From an uncultured Alphaproteobacteria bacterium (GTDB lineage Bacteria; Pseudomonadota; Alphaproteobacteria; RF32; CAG-239): DNA of 64,000 nucleotides. The notes beneath the pieces were generated by a model. That model was not told the origin of the DNA. It saw only the letters and a program-made list of their open reading frames with translations, and did not search any database. The DNA lies in assembly GCA_910577095.1 (NCBI GenBank), contig CAJTLY010000006.1, forward strand, positions 1,344 through 65,343, written 5' to 3'. Every line of letters begins with the position of its first letter. The stretch's first letter is position 1. Shown here piece after piece: positions 17,094 to 26,120 of the stretch. A program made the translations under genes and the position numbers.

Positions 17094-17518
17094 CAGAGCT
17101 GATCCCGCATCGCAATTTTTTCCAATTCTTGTTTAATTTCTGCATAACGGACGTTTTTAAAAAATTTCTCTTTGTCTTTCAAAACCCACGCGGCCGCCAG
17201 CGGCGAAGTGCGGTCAAGTCGGTACCCTTGCTGCATCCATTTCTGCAAGCAATAAAAATTTCCCTGTATCGCCAAGGTTATTCCCACGGCATAACCGACA
17301 TATTTAAAGTCCAAAAGCGGACAGTAACCGACTTCATTGTCAAACAACGTACAAAGAACCATTAAAACCGCCAGCCACAACAATCCGTCCTTAGACAAAC
17401 CGCGGAAGAAAAAACCGAAAACCCCCAAGAGAAAAAACAACCAGCTGAAACCAAGATGCAGACGGCGGACTTTTCCGCTTTCGGGATGATAAAGGATTAA
17501 ATTATAATTATCGGCCAT
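17093..17518 (-). CDS. small membrane protein, possibly DUF2628-like
   Basis: GFSWLFFLLGVFGFFFRGL resembles the DUF2628 core. Its stop overlaps the metallophosphoesterase start (TGATG), so the two form an operon. Confidence 0.5.
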   Translation of the reverse strand: MADNYNLILYHPESGKVRRLHLGFSWLFFLLGVFGFFFRGLSKDGLLWLAVLMVLCTLFDNEVGYCPLLDFKYVGYAVGITLAIQGNFYCLQKWMQQGYRLDRTSPLAAAWVLKDKEKFFKNVRYAEIKQELEKIAMRDQL

Positions 17519-17725
17519 GGCATGTTTCTCCGTTTTTATAAATTTTTTTCATCCAGATCTTTTTCACCAAAGCGGCGCTGACGGTCGAAAGGACAAATCC
17601 CGGCATCGGAACAGTCTCACTGTTTAAAGCCTTCTTCAGACAAATTTTGATCTGCAGCCAAGATATCAGCAATTTTCTTTTTAAGCAAGAATTTCCCCGC
17701 TGCCGGAACCGCAAAACAAAAAAAG

Positions 17726-18430
17726 ATGACTTTAAAAAAGTTTTCCGTTATAGTGGCAATTGAAATATTCAACCCAAATGAGACGTTAGTGAAAAAAATC
17801 ATATCTGCGGCAGAGGCCGGCAAATTAATCAGGGCAAATTCTTCTTTAATGGTCGGCGGCTTTTTGCGCTGCGGAACTCCGCAACGAGTGATTGAAGAAA
17901 TTATCCAAAACCACACCGGCGGACTGACCCTGATCGCCAACGACACCTGTTACCCCGAATATGACCGCGGCCGTTTAATCGTTAACAAACTGGCTCGGAA
18001 AGCCATTGTCGCTCATATCGGCACCAACCCCGAGACCGGCCGGCAGTTCAATGCCGGCGAGTTGGAAGTGGAACTGGTGCCGATGGGAACACTGGTTGAA
18101 AGAATCCGCTGCGGCGGTGCCGGATTGGGCGGTTTTCTGACTCCTACCGGAGTGGGCACCATCGTCGAGAAAGGCAAAACGGTCATCGAAAGCGACGGGC
18201 GCAAATATCTCCTCGAAAAACCTCTCACCGCCGACGTTGCCCTGATATACGGCAGCAAAGTCGATTGTTACGGCAATGTCTTTCTTGACGGAACCACCCG
18301 CAATTTCAATACCGTTATGGCAACCGCGGCCGCGACCGTCATCGTCGAAGCCGACCTCATTTGCGACCGACCGCTCGACCCGGCCGAAATTACCATTCCG
18401 GGTATTTTTATCGATTATATTGTCAAGTAA
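17726..18430 (+). CDS. CoA-transferase subunit A (3-oxoacid/acetate CoA-transferase alpha)
   Basis: MVGGF..CG.P and GGAGLGGFLTPTG motifs. The true start is probably GTG 17789 (VKKIISAAEA...). Confidence 0.85.
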   Translation: MTLKKFSVIVAIEIFNPNETLVKKIISAAEAGKLIRANSSLMVGGFLRCGTPQRVIEEIIQNHTGGLTLIANDTCYPEYDRGRLIVNKLARKAIVAHIGTNPETGRQFNAGELEVELVPMGTLVERIRCGGAGLGGFLTPTGVGTIVEKGKTVIESDGRKYLLEKPLTADVALIYGSKVDCYGNVFLDGTTRNFNTVMATAAATVIVEADLICDRPLDPAEITIPGIFIDYIVK

Positions 18431-18441
18431 AGGATTTCAGG

Positions 18442-19104
18442 ATGCTTTCAAAAGAACAGTGCCGCGCGGTCATTGCCAAAAGAGTGGCTCAGGAATTTAA
18501 ACGGGGAGACGTTATAACGCTCGGCATCGGGCTGCCGACTGAAGTTGCCAACTACATCCCGCATGAAGTCGAAGTCATTTTCCATTCCGAGAACGGTCTG
18601 CTCGGAGTCGGTCGTCATGATCCGGATGCGGGAGAAAATCCCAAAGTAACCAACGCCGGCGGCATCGCGGTAACCACCCGGCCGGGCGCCGCCTTTTTCG
18701 ACACCGCCGCCTCTTTTGCAATGATTCGCGGCGGCCATGTCAACGCCACTGTTCTTGGTGCTCTTCAGGCAGATCAGCACGGAAATTTGGCCAACTGGAT
18801 GATCCCCGGCGCCTTTATCCCCGGAATGGGCGGCGCCATGGATCTGGTCGTCGGCGCCAAGCGGGTAATCATCGCCATGGAACACACCAACAAAGGACAA
18901 CCCCGCATCTTAAAAGAATGTACGTTGCCCCTTACCGCTGCCGGCGAAGTCGATCTGATCGTTACCGAACGCGGCGTCCTCGAAGTCACGCCCAAAGGGT
19001 TGGTATTGAAAGAAATCAATCCGGCGTTTTCTTTGCAGGAAGTAATAAACTCAACCGACGCCGATCTGATCATTGACGACACTTTGACCGACATCGCCGT
19101 TTAA
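18442..19104 (+). CDS. CoA-transferase subunit B
   Basis: LGIGLP and SENG (catalytic Glu) motifs. The start was set at ATG 18442 behind an AAGGA SD, not the track start at 18361. Confidence 0.85.
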   Translation: MLSKEQCRAVIAKRVAQEFKRGDVITLGIGLPTEVANYIPHEVEVIFHSENGLLGVGRHDPDAGENPKVTNAGGIAVTTRPGAAFFDTAASFAMIRGGHVNATVLGALQADQHGNLANWMIPGAFIPGMGGAMDLVVGAKRVIIAMEHTNKGQPRILKECTLPLTAAGEVDLIVTERGVLEVTPKGLVLKEINPAFSLQEVINSTDADLIIDDTLTDIAV

Positions 19105-19119
19105 ACAGAAGGCAAGCAC

Positions 19120-19147
19120 AAAAAAACGGGGAATTTCCCCGTTTTTC
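19120..19147. terminator. bidirectional rho-independent terminator
   Basis: AAAAAAA-CGGGGA-ATT-TCCCCG-TTTTT. Confidence 0.7.
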
Positions 19148-19161
19148 ATTTGCCGGTAACT

Positions 19162-19512
19162 TTATTGTACCAGACGGATGGACTCAACTTCAATATCCGC
19201 CGGCGCCATCATATGCGTATCGATTTCGCCGCGAATCTCAACTCGGTCGTTGGGTGTTGCCTTAACGGTTTGCATATCGTCATCGTCAATTTCAACCTTA
19301 ATCGAACCGGTCTCGTCTTTGAAGATGTATTCTTCGTCGCCTAAAGAGCTGGCAATATAACCTTCAAGAATAACTTCCGTATCATCGGGCAGATCTTTGA
19401 CGTCGGCAACCGTAAGCTTTTTGGCACTCGGCGTATTACTGTTGTCGGCCGCTGCCGGCAGTGCCAAACCCGACAACAACAATGCTGCAAGCATCAATTT
19501 TACTTTGTTCAT
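19162..19512 (-). CDS. periplasmic OB-fold stress protein (YgiW/BOF family)
   Basis: Signal peptide MNKVKLMLAALLLSGLALPAAA. GYI...LGDE.Y.F.D.TG.I.VEID is typical of YgiW/YdeI. The start was set at ATG 19512 behind a GGAGG SD. Confidence 0.75.
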   Translation of the reverse strand: MNKVKLMLAALLLSGLALPAAADNSNTPSAKKLTVADVKDLPDDTEVILEGYIASSLGDEEYIFKDETGSIKVEIDDDDMQTVKATPNDRVEIRGEIDTHMMAPADIEVESIRLVQ

Positions 19513-19625
19513 GATAACCTCCTTGTAAATATTGTTTTCTCCCCTAAGATAGGCTGTCAAATCGCAAAAACAACGGTTCTAAAACTTATAATCAAGCCCG
19601 CCGCACACGGAGCGGCAAAACTTTA

Positions 19626-19670
19626 AAAAAGAAAAAGGCTTTCCGTCATTGAGACGAAAAGCCGTTTTTC
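19626..19670. terminator. bidirectional hairpin terminator downstream of ORF 19688-20053
   Basis: GGCTTTcCGTC-loop-GACGAAAAGCC flanked by A- and T-runs. Confidence 0.55.
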
Positions 19671-19687
19671 TGTTAACCGTTAAGCGA

Positions 19688-20053
19688 TCACAACAGTGTT
19701 TCCTTAACGATTTCGGGACGCCACCACGAACTTCGATAGATGTCCGCGATGTAACTTTTGGGTTTGGATACTTTCCAGCCGTTAGAGGCGATGTATACAA
19801 ACTCCCTTCCGCGACTTATCCGAAAAGCCGGACAAACAGAACGTTCTACCGCACCGCACGAAACTTCGGAAAAGATTCTGCGTTGCGCCAGATCGATGTA
19901 CTTGTCGGCTCCGGAAATAGAGACCCCGAGACGAAATTCGGTTCCGGACGGGGAAACTTCGCGAATCACGCACCACTTCAACTTCTTTTTTCTGGGGATA
20001 TTGAAATATCGCCGCAGAAAATAAAGAGAGTTGAAGAATTTCTTTTTCTTCAT
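19688..20053 (-). CDS. small basic hypothetical protein (121 aa)
   Basis: Lys/Arg-rich N-terminus, with its own promoter and terminator. No family confidently recognised. Confidence 0.5.
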   Translation of the reverse strand: MKKKKFFNSLYFLRRYFNIPRKKKLKWCVIREVSPSGTEFRLGVSISGADKYIDLAQRRIFSEVSCGAVERSVCPAFRISRGREFVYIASNGWKVSKPKSYIADIYRSSWWRPEIVKETLL

Positions 20054-20098
20054 AAAAATAAGTTAAAAAATTAATAGAATTGTAGCGTTTCGTGCATT

Positions 20099-20127
20099 AG
20101 TATAGAATGAATTAGACAAAAAGTCAA
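20099..20127 (-). promoter_or_regulatory. sigma70-like promoter TTGACT-N17-TATACT with embedded TTTTGTCTAA box
   Basis: The minus strand reads TTGACTTTTTGTCTAATTCATTCTATACT. Confidence 0.45.
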
Positions 20128-20160
20128 TCCTTTTAAAACGACAAAATTTTAGACATTTTA

Positions 20161-20189
20161 TTGACATAAAATTTATAATATTATATGAT
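20161..20189 (+). promoter_or_regulatory. sigma70-like promoter TTGACA-N17-TATGAT
   Basis: Read directly. It is preceded by TTAGACA at 20149-20155. It places the TSS downstream of the track start codon at 20185. Confidence 0.45.
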
Positions 20190-20217
20190 ATCCTTAATAA
20201 ATTTAATGGAGAAAAAA

Positions 20218-21828
20218 ATGGCGGCAAAAGAAAGCAAGAAACCTTCTATCGACAAAATTAACCTCGAAAACCGGATTTTGGCAGCCTTCTCACTGATGGA
20301 AATGTGCAAGACCGATGCCGAAAACATCAGTGCCGACGATCTGACGGAACTGTATCGGAAAGTTGCCGATCTCAATAAACGGGCCTTTGAAGACGAAACC
20401 GTTTTTAACATTGTTGCCGAACACGAGCTGGACCAAGTCAGCAACATCGAACAGCTGAAAGAAAAAATCCGCCGCAACCGGGTTGTTTCGACTTATAAAC
20501 AACTTGGCTTTTTTGCTTTGTGCAGCGGATCGACGAAAGAACGAATCCCCGAAGCGCCCGAAATCCTTGCCACCATTATGCACAACATGGGAATCAAAAA
20601 CGCCGACGCCCTCTCCGAAGCGATCGTTAACCGTCAGCTTGATGACGAAAGCGCCGACAAATTGTTTAAAGAACTCAACGGACGCCAGGGCGTTCTTAAA
20701 AAAATGCTGATCAGTGACTTCAAAACCTATCAGGATCAGAAAACCCGCAACGAGACCATCGAACAAATCCGTCCCGACTTGGAAGAATATACTTTTCAAA
20801 AGAACCCGAGCGTGGAATATCCTTTCGAAATCCGCAGCCAGCAGAAGGGCTTCCGCACCGCCGTACGCCAAAATTTCAACGAAGAAACCAAGCCGGAGTT
20901 TCTTAAGTTTTACGGCGCCATGATGACCGAAGGCAAAAACGCGGCTCAGGGAAGTTCGATCGGCAGCACCTATTCCGCCTTTTGCCAAATGATACAGGCC
21001 GACGTCGGCAAAGATGCCGCCGGTGCCGAGATTGACCGCGCCCTCGGGCTCTCGGCCGAAGACGCTGCACAGCCGGACATTGAAGCCAAACGAAAAGCCG
21101 CTTATAAAGAAAAATGCCTCGAACTGTATTTCAAAACCGTCGCCGGCATTTTGTCGCAAAAATACGAATACAACCGCAAACACAACATCGGCGGCAGTTG
21201 GGATATGTATTTGAGAAATATTAACGACAATTATATCCGCAGCCTCAACAACGGTGTCAACGACATCGGCTCGCTGGCTTTTCAGGATGCCGATTACAGC
21301 AAACAATTCATCAGCAAAGCCGAAGAATACAAAATGAACCGCGACATGCGCGACGAGACTGCTGATCAGCAAATCATCTCCGTTCACCACAAATTTCCGA
21401 TCGGCGCCGCTTATGACGTTTATGACAGACTGTGCCCGCCGGCAACAGAAAAAGAAAAGATAGAAAATTGCCAACGGCTGGTCAATGTTCGCAGCAACAA
21501 CGTTTTTGTCATCGGACAAGAAAAACACCAGTCGATGGAACCGCGGGGCACCGTGAAATTCGGCGCCAACCCCGATGCAACCCTGTTTGCCGCCCGCATC
21601 AACTGCCCGGGTTTAAGGAGCGTTATGCGCAGCCTGCCGCCCTATATGCAGGAAGGTATTGCCAAATACGTTAAAATGAGCGAGAGCGAAAAGACCAAAG
21701 ACATTGCCGTGACCATGCGTTTTTCCGAACCCAAGGAAATTGCAGCCTTGCGCGAAAAACTCAGAAACGAGGACACTCACGTCAGCGCCGTCCAAAAATT
21801 TACCCGTTATTATAACGAGGGCAAATAG
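20218..21828 (+). CDS. large hypothetical protein (~536 aa) with a C-terminal HNH/AHH-like motif
   Basis: Start set at ATG 20218 behind a GGAG SD. The C-terminal third contains VHHKFPIG-x33-SNNVFVIG-x3-H (HH at 21385-21390, NN at 21496-21501, H at 21526-21528). No signal peptide. Confidence 0.6.
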   Translation: MAAKESKKPSIDKINLENRILAAFSLMEMCKTDAENISADDLTELYRKVADLNKRAFEDETVFNIVAEHELDQVSNIEQLKEKIRRNRVVSTYKQLGFFALCSGSTKERIPEAPEILATIMHNMGIKNADALSEAIVNRQLDDESADKLFKELNGRQGVLKKMLISDFKTYQDQKTRNETIEQIRPDLEEYTFQKNPSVEYPFEIRSQQKGFRTAVRQNFNEETKPEFLKFYGAMMTEGKNAAQGSSIGSTYSAFCQMIQADVGKDAAGAEIDRALGLSAEDAAQPDIEAKRKAAYKEKCLELYFKTVAGILSQKYEYNRKHNIGGSWDMYLRNINDNYIRSLNNGVNDIGSLAFQDADYSKQFISKAEEYKMNRDMRDETADQQIISVHHKFPIGAAYDVYDRLCPPATEKEKIENCQRLVNVRSNNVFVIGQEKHQSMEPRGTVKFGANPDATLFAARINCPGLRSVMRSLPPYMQEGIAKYVKMSESEKTKDIAVTMRFSEPKEIAALREKLRNEDTHVSAVQKFTRYYNEGK

Positions 21829-21843
21829 AAATTTACGTTTCAT

Positions 21844-21878
21844 GGTCCTGTCCGCCCCGACGGCAGGATCATTTTTTG
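21844..21878 (+). terminator. rho-independent terminator
   Basis: GGTCCTGTC-loop9-GGCAGGATC followed by ATTTTTT. Confidence 0.6.
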
Positions 21879-21891
21879 TCAGGATATCGGC

Positions 21892-22548
21892 ATGGAACTT
21901 CAGCTAGCGCATTTACATCAACATTTTGACCGCCTACAGCAGCAATACGGCTGTCCGGAGCTTGACAGCATTTACGGCGCCGGCTGTATTGACAAACCGG
22001 ATTTGTGTTTGATTTTTATGAATCCGACCGGTCGCAACATTGCCGCCGACCGCCAATGGAGAGGCTTGAAGGCGCCCTGGCTGGGCACCAAAAATTCGTG
22101 GAAATTGTTTCAGGGTATCGGGATATTGTCACAACAAACATTAACGGAAATTCAAAATAAAAAACCGGCCGACTGGGATGAAGACTTTGCCGAACGGATC
22201 TACCGGGAAATAGCCGCCTGCAAAGCTTATGTTACCAATCTCGGCAAATGTACTCAAAGCGACGCGTCCCCGGTCTCAAATACCGTTTTTAAACAATATC
22301 TGACCTTGCTTGAACAAGAAATTGACCAAATCCGTCCGCGAACAATCATCACGTTCGGCAATCAGGTCAGTTCGTTGTTCTTAAAACAGCCCGTCTGTGT
22401 TTCACAACAGCGCCGCACCGCGATAAAAAAGATAATCAACGGCCGCAGTTACGACGTTTTTCCGGTGTTTTATCCGGTCGGACAGGGAATGCGGAATTTG
22501 GGCACCGCAATCGAGGATATCCGCTTTATCATTGAAAAGCGACGCTGA
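21892..22548 (+). CDS. uracil-DNA glycosylase superfamily protein with atypical active-site motifs
   Basis: Colinear with family-4-type UDGs: CLIFMNPTGRN aligns with ..GEAPG.., YVTNLGKC with VYITN.VKC, and FPVFYPVGQG with P.YHPS. Confidence 0.65.
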   Translation: MELQLAHLHQHFDRLQQQYGCPELDSIYGAGCIDKPDLCLIFMNPTGRNIAADRQWRGLKAPWLGTKNSWKLFQGIGILSQQTLTEIQNKKPADWDEDFAERIYREIAACKAYVTNLGKCTQSDASPVSNTVFKQYLTLLEQEIDQIRPRTIITFGNQVSSLFLKQPVCVSQQRRTAIKKIINGRSYDVFPVFYPVGQGMRNLGTAIEDIRFIIEKRR

Positions 22549-22678
22549 AATCTTCCCGCTTTAAAACAGCTTTTACCGCCGGATAACTCCGACTCATGTT
22601 TCCTCTGGGCAAACGGTTTTGCTCCTATCGTCTGCTGCACCTTCCAAAACTCCGGACTGATCGGAAATTTTCAGTTCA

Positions 22679-22707
22679 TAAAAAAGAGGGATGCAATTGC
22701 ACCCCTC
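22679..22707 (-). terminator. rho-independent terminator after ORF 22727-23203
   Basis: Hairpin GAGGGaTGCA/TGCAcCCCTC, followed on the minus strand by TTTTTT. Confidence 0.6.
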
Positions 22708-22726
22708 CTCTTAAAGAGTTAGAAAA

Positions 22727-23203
22727 TTATTTTATCTCCTGCCATCCGGCAACTTCCGACACTGTCAGAACGGCTTTTTTGAAGTCGTCCTTTTTCAGCA
22801 CCAGCTTGGCATCTCCCTTGGAGATTGCAACCAAGTCGTTCGATTCGCCGACCGTATAACCAGCTGCGATGAACTTCTCAGCGACCTCGGGTGCCCAGCC
22901 GTTGAAGAAAGACAGAATCGTCATGTCCTTCCCGTTGGCGATGCGAATTTTGATACACTGGGCGTTTTCCTCGGGATCGAAGGTCGAAACGACGGTGATG
23001 AAACCGGTCATTTTGCCTGCGGTATCCGATTGCACCAGTGCATAACCGTTTTCGCCGCATGCCATCTTGTAAAAAGCCGGCATTTCAACAGCAACCGCAC
23101 GGGAAGTGAAATTGCTGATGATAACGGTGTTGGTTTCCTGAGCGTTTGCTGCGAAGGAAACGAGTGCCATAACGGCAACAAAAATAAAAGCGATCTTTTT
23201 CAT
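22727..23203 (-). CDS. secreted hypothetical protein (158 aa)
   Basis: Sec signal peptide MKKIAFIFVAVMALVSFAANA|QE. No family recognised. Confidence 0.55.
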   Translation of the reverse strand: MKKIAFIFVAVMALVSFAANAQETNTVIISNFTSRAVAVEMPAFYKMACGENGYALVQSDTAGKMTGFITVVSTFDPEENAQCIKIRIANGKDMTILSFFNGWAPEVAEKFIAAGYTVGESNDLVAISKGDAKLVLKKDDFKKAVLTVSEVAGWQEIK

Positions 23204-23407
23204 ATTCTTTATATTTTAAATTTATAATTTTAATAATTGACAATGTAAGTTTTTGTATCTTATTTATAACCCATTCGCCTGAATTTGTCAATAAATTTGT
23301 CAAAAATATTCAACCGCCGTCATTTTTATTCCCAGTGCTCCGGTCTGTTCTTCATCAACAAACCTTTTCCACCAAAATGCCCGACCGCGCCGGGATTCCC
23401 GGAATAC

Positions 23408-23439
23408 AAAAAAACAGGGAACCGAAGTTCCCCGTTTTT
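23408..23439. terminator. bidirectional rho-independent terminator
   Basis: AAAAAAA-CaGGGAAC-CGAA-GTTCCcCG-TTTTT. Confidence 0.65.
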
Positions 23440-23456
23440 CAATCGTCAAAGAAAAG

Positions 23457-24221
23457 TTATTTCTTCAATTCGTCGATACTGTTCTGAATAACGTTACCGT
23501 CGATGGTTTGCAGCATTTCACCATTCAAAATCATGGTCGGAACGCCGTTAACCTGAATTTTTCCGGCTAATTCATTATTAGCAGCCATCATATCGCGAAT
23601 CTTGTCGCTGTCGAGATCAGCTTTCAGTTGTTCAACATTCAAACCGATCTTACCGGCAATATTCATGATACCTTCTTCGGTCAACGGTCCTTCAATGGTA
23701 AACAACGCATTGTGCAATTCGACAAACTTGCCCTGTCGGTTGGCAGCCAAAACGGCTCTGGCGGCATAATCGGAAGCTTCCGACAGGAAGGCCAGCGGCT
23801 TGAAGACAAATTTAACATTCGGATTGTTGGCAATAACCTTGTTCAGTTCCGGGAACAGTCTGTGGCAGTAACCGCAGGCATAATCAAAGAACTCAACCAA
23901 AACAATATCGCCGTTTTTGTTGCCGACAAACGGAGAATTCGGATCTTCGTTCAAATCCTTCAGGTTTTCCTGAATTGCCTTGCGGGCTTCGGCCATGGCT
24001 TCTTCCTGCATTTTCTGCTGATATCTCTGCATGGCGTTAAAAATGATTTCCGGTTTTTCGTTCAAAATTTCTTCAACGTTAACCGCGGCAACGGCAGTCG
24101 GCGCCGATACCGGAGCCTGAGCTTCCGCATCGACGGATTTGGCGCAGGGGTAATAAACCTTAACCAAAGCGGCTACCGAAAACACCAAAGCCACGAGCGA
24201 TATAAAGAGTGATTTTTTCAT
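23457..24221 (-). CDS. DsbA-family thiol:disulfide oxidoreductase (Com1-like)
   Basis: N-terminal anchor or signal, CGYC active site in FFDYACGYCHRLFPEL, and a thioredoxin fold. Confidence 0.85.
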   Translation of the reverse strand: MKKSLFISLVALVFSVAALVKVYYPCAKSVDAEAQAPVSAPTAVAAVNVEEILNEKPEIIFNAMQRYQQKMQEEAMAEARKAIQENLKDLNEDPNSPFVGNKNGDIVLVEFFDYACGYCHRLFPELNKVIANNPNVKFVFKPLAFLSEASDYAARAVLAANRQGKFVELHNALFTIEGPLTEEGIMNIAGKIGLNVEQLKADLDSDKIRDMMAANNELAGKIQVNGVPTMILNGEMLQTIDGNVIQNSIDELKK

Positions 24222-24386
24222 AATCTATTTTCCTCAAAATTGTGATGTTATATAACAAATCAGCTATAATTTAACCAATAACGATTATATTTACAAGAAC
24301 AAAAAATTTTTTGTTGTAAAAATCCAGCCTTTTTTAACTTTTAGCCCTTATAATCGCTCTGCAACAACAGTTATGGAGAAGCCGCA

Positions 24387-25046
24387 ATGATGCACCTCAA
24401 ATTTCCGGTCGTTTCCCGCACTCGGGCCTTGGAAAACAAAATTGACTCTTTTCACGACAAAATGATCGAGGCTGCCGCCGTTTTCCGCAAATCAATCCAG
24501 ATTTTTCTGTGCGCCGAAAGTCGCAGCGAGTACAAAGCCGTTAACCGCCAGATCAAAGTGATTGAGCACGAAGCCGACAAACTGCGCCGTGACATCGAAA
24601 ACGACCTCTATTCCGAAAATCTGCTTCCCAACCTGCAGGCGGATATTCTGCAGCTGGTCGAAGGTCTCGACAAGATCAACAACCAGTTTGACGACGTTAT
24701 TTACAAATTCTACATTGAACAACCGGAAATTCCGCAAAAATTTCATCGCAAACTGATCGATCTCTGTCATCAGGTTGCCGACTGTGCCGAAAACATGGCG
24801 ATTGCTTCCCGGGCTTTTTTCAAAGATCTGAGCACGGTGCGCGACTACTCTCATAAAGTATATATTATGGAACAGGAATCCGATGCCACCTATAACGACC
24901 TCAAAAAAGCCATTTTTGCTTCCGACATGGAACTCGCCAACAAATTGCAGCTGGACCTGCTGATCACCGAAGTGGCCGATATTGCCGATATTGCCGAAGA
25001 TTGCGCCGACGAACTGTTGATCTTTACCCTGAAAAGAGACATTTAA
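24387..25046 (+). CDS. DUF47/PhoU-like phosphate-transport regulator
   Basis: Helical protein of about 219 aa, immediately upstream of and overlapping (TAATG) a PiT transporter. This is the classic DUF47-PiT pair. Confidence 0.75.
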   Translation: MMHLKFPVVSRTRALENKIDSFHDKMIEAAAVFRKSIQIFLCAESRSEYKAVNRQIKVIEHEADKLRRDIENDLYSENLLPNLQADILQLVEGLDKINNQFDDVIYKFYIEQPEIPQKFHRKLIDLCHQVADCAENMAIASRAFFKDLSTVRDYSHKVYIMEQESDATYNDLKKAIFASDMELANKLQLDLLITEVADIADIAEDCADELLIFTLKRDI

Positions 25047-26095
25047 TGCTGAGTTTCTGGATATTTCTAAGCAGCGGTCTGTTCCTCGGCTGGTCTTTGG
25101 GCGCCAACGACGGTTCAAACATTTTCGGCACCGCCGTCGGTACCCGGATGGTAAAATTCCGCACCGCCGCGATCATATCGTCGCTGTTTGTCATTCTGGG
25201 CGCGGTCACGGCCGGCGGCGGCACCACCGACACCCTTAACGAACTCGGAAGCGTCAATGCGCCCGCCGGCGCTTTTATGGTCGGCCTGGCCGCCGCTTTG
25301 TCCGTCTATTGGATGAATAAAAGCAAAATATCGGTTTCGACTTCCCAGGCAATCGTCGGCGCCATCGTCGGCTGGAACCTGTACAGCGGCAGACCGACCG
25401 ATCTCGGCACACTTTCCACCATCGTCGGAACCTGGATTTTTTGCCCGATTCTTTCCGGTTTTCTGGCCATATTGATTTATCAGGCGACTCGTTTTGTCAT
25501 TCGTCGAACCGCAATCCCGTTGCTCAAACTTGATCATTATACCCGTATCGGACTGATCATTGCCGGCGCTTTCGGGGCCTATGCCTTGGGCGCCAACAAC
25601 ATTGCCAACGTCATGGGAATTTTCACCGCATCCAACCCTCTGCACGGCCTCAACTTTTCGGGCGGATTTTCGCTCAGTTCGACGCAAGTGTTGTTTTTGC
25701 TCGGCGCACTTGCCATTGCGGCCGGCATTTTTACTTATTCGGGACAGATCATGCAAACGGTCGGCCGCAACATCTTTATGATGAGCCCGCTGGCAGCATG
25801 GGTGGTTGTGGTGGCTCAGTCCATGGTTTTGTTTTTGTTCGCTTCGGCCGGTCTCAACAACTTTTTGCTGGCGCATCATCTGCCGGCATTGCCGCTGGTA
25901 CCGGTTTCCAGTTCACAAGCCGTTATCGGCGCCGTCATCGGCATCGGACTGCTAAAAGGGGGCCACGGCATCAACTGGAATATCATCCGCCGAATTTTTA
26001 TCGGCTGGATAACGACGCCGATCATTGCCGCCGCCCTGTGTTTTGTATCCTTGTTTTTCCTCGAGAACGTTTTTAACCTGACGGTTTACAACTGA
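25046..26095 (+). CDS. inorganic phosphate transporter, PiT family
   Basis: GANDGSN signature near the N-terminus and a repeated GANN-type motif (ALGANNIANVMG). Polytopic membrane protein. Start set at ATG 25046. Confidence 0.85.
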   Translation: MLSFWIFLSSGLFLGWSLGANDGSNIFGTAVGTRMVKFRTAAIISSLFVILGAVTAGGGTTDTLNELGSVNAPAGAFMVGLAAALSVYWMNKSKISVSTSQAIVGAIVGWNLYSGRPTDLGTLSTIVGTWIFCPILSGFLAILIYQATRFVIRRTAIPLLKLDHYTRIGLIIAGAFGAYALGANNIANVMGIFTASNPLHGLNFSGGFSLSSTQVLFLLGALAIAAGIFTYSGQIMQTVGRNIFMMSPLAAWVVVVAQSMVLFLFASAGLNNFLLAHHLPALPLVPVSSSQAVIGAVIGIGLLKGGHGINWNIIRRIFIGWITTPIIAAALCFVSLFFLENVFNLTVYN

Positions 26096-26120
26096 TTTGG
26101 CCGATGCGGCCGCCCACCGA

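Noticed and set aside
19688-20053. A possible degenerate PilZ (c-di-GMP-binding) domain. RRYFNIPR is followed about 25 residues later by VSISGA, resembling RRxxxR ... (D/N)xSxxG.
   Set aside because: The Arg spacing is wrong (RxxxxxR) and the D/N position is Val. The resemblance is too weak to call without a profile search.
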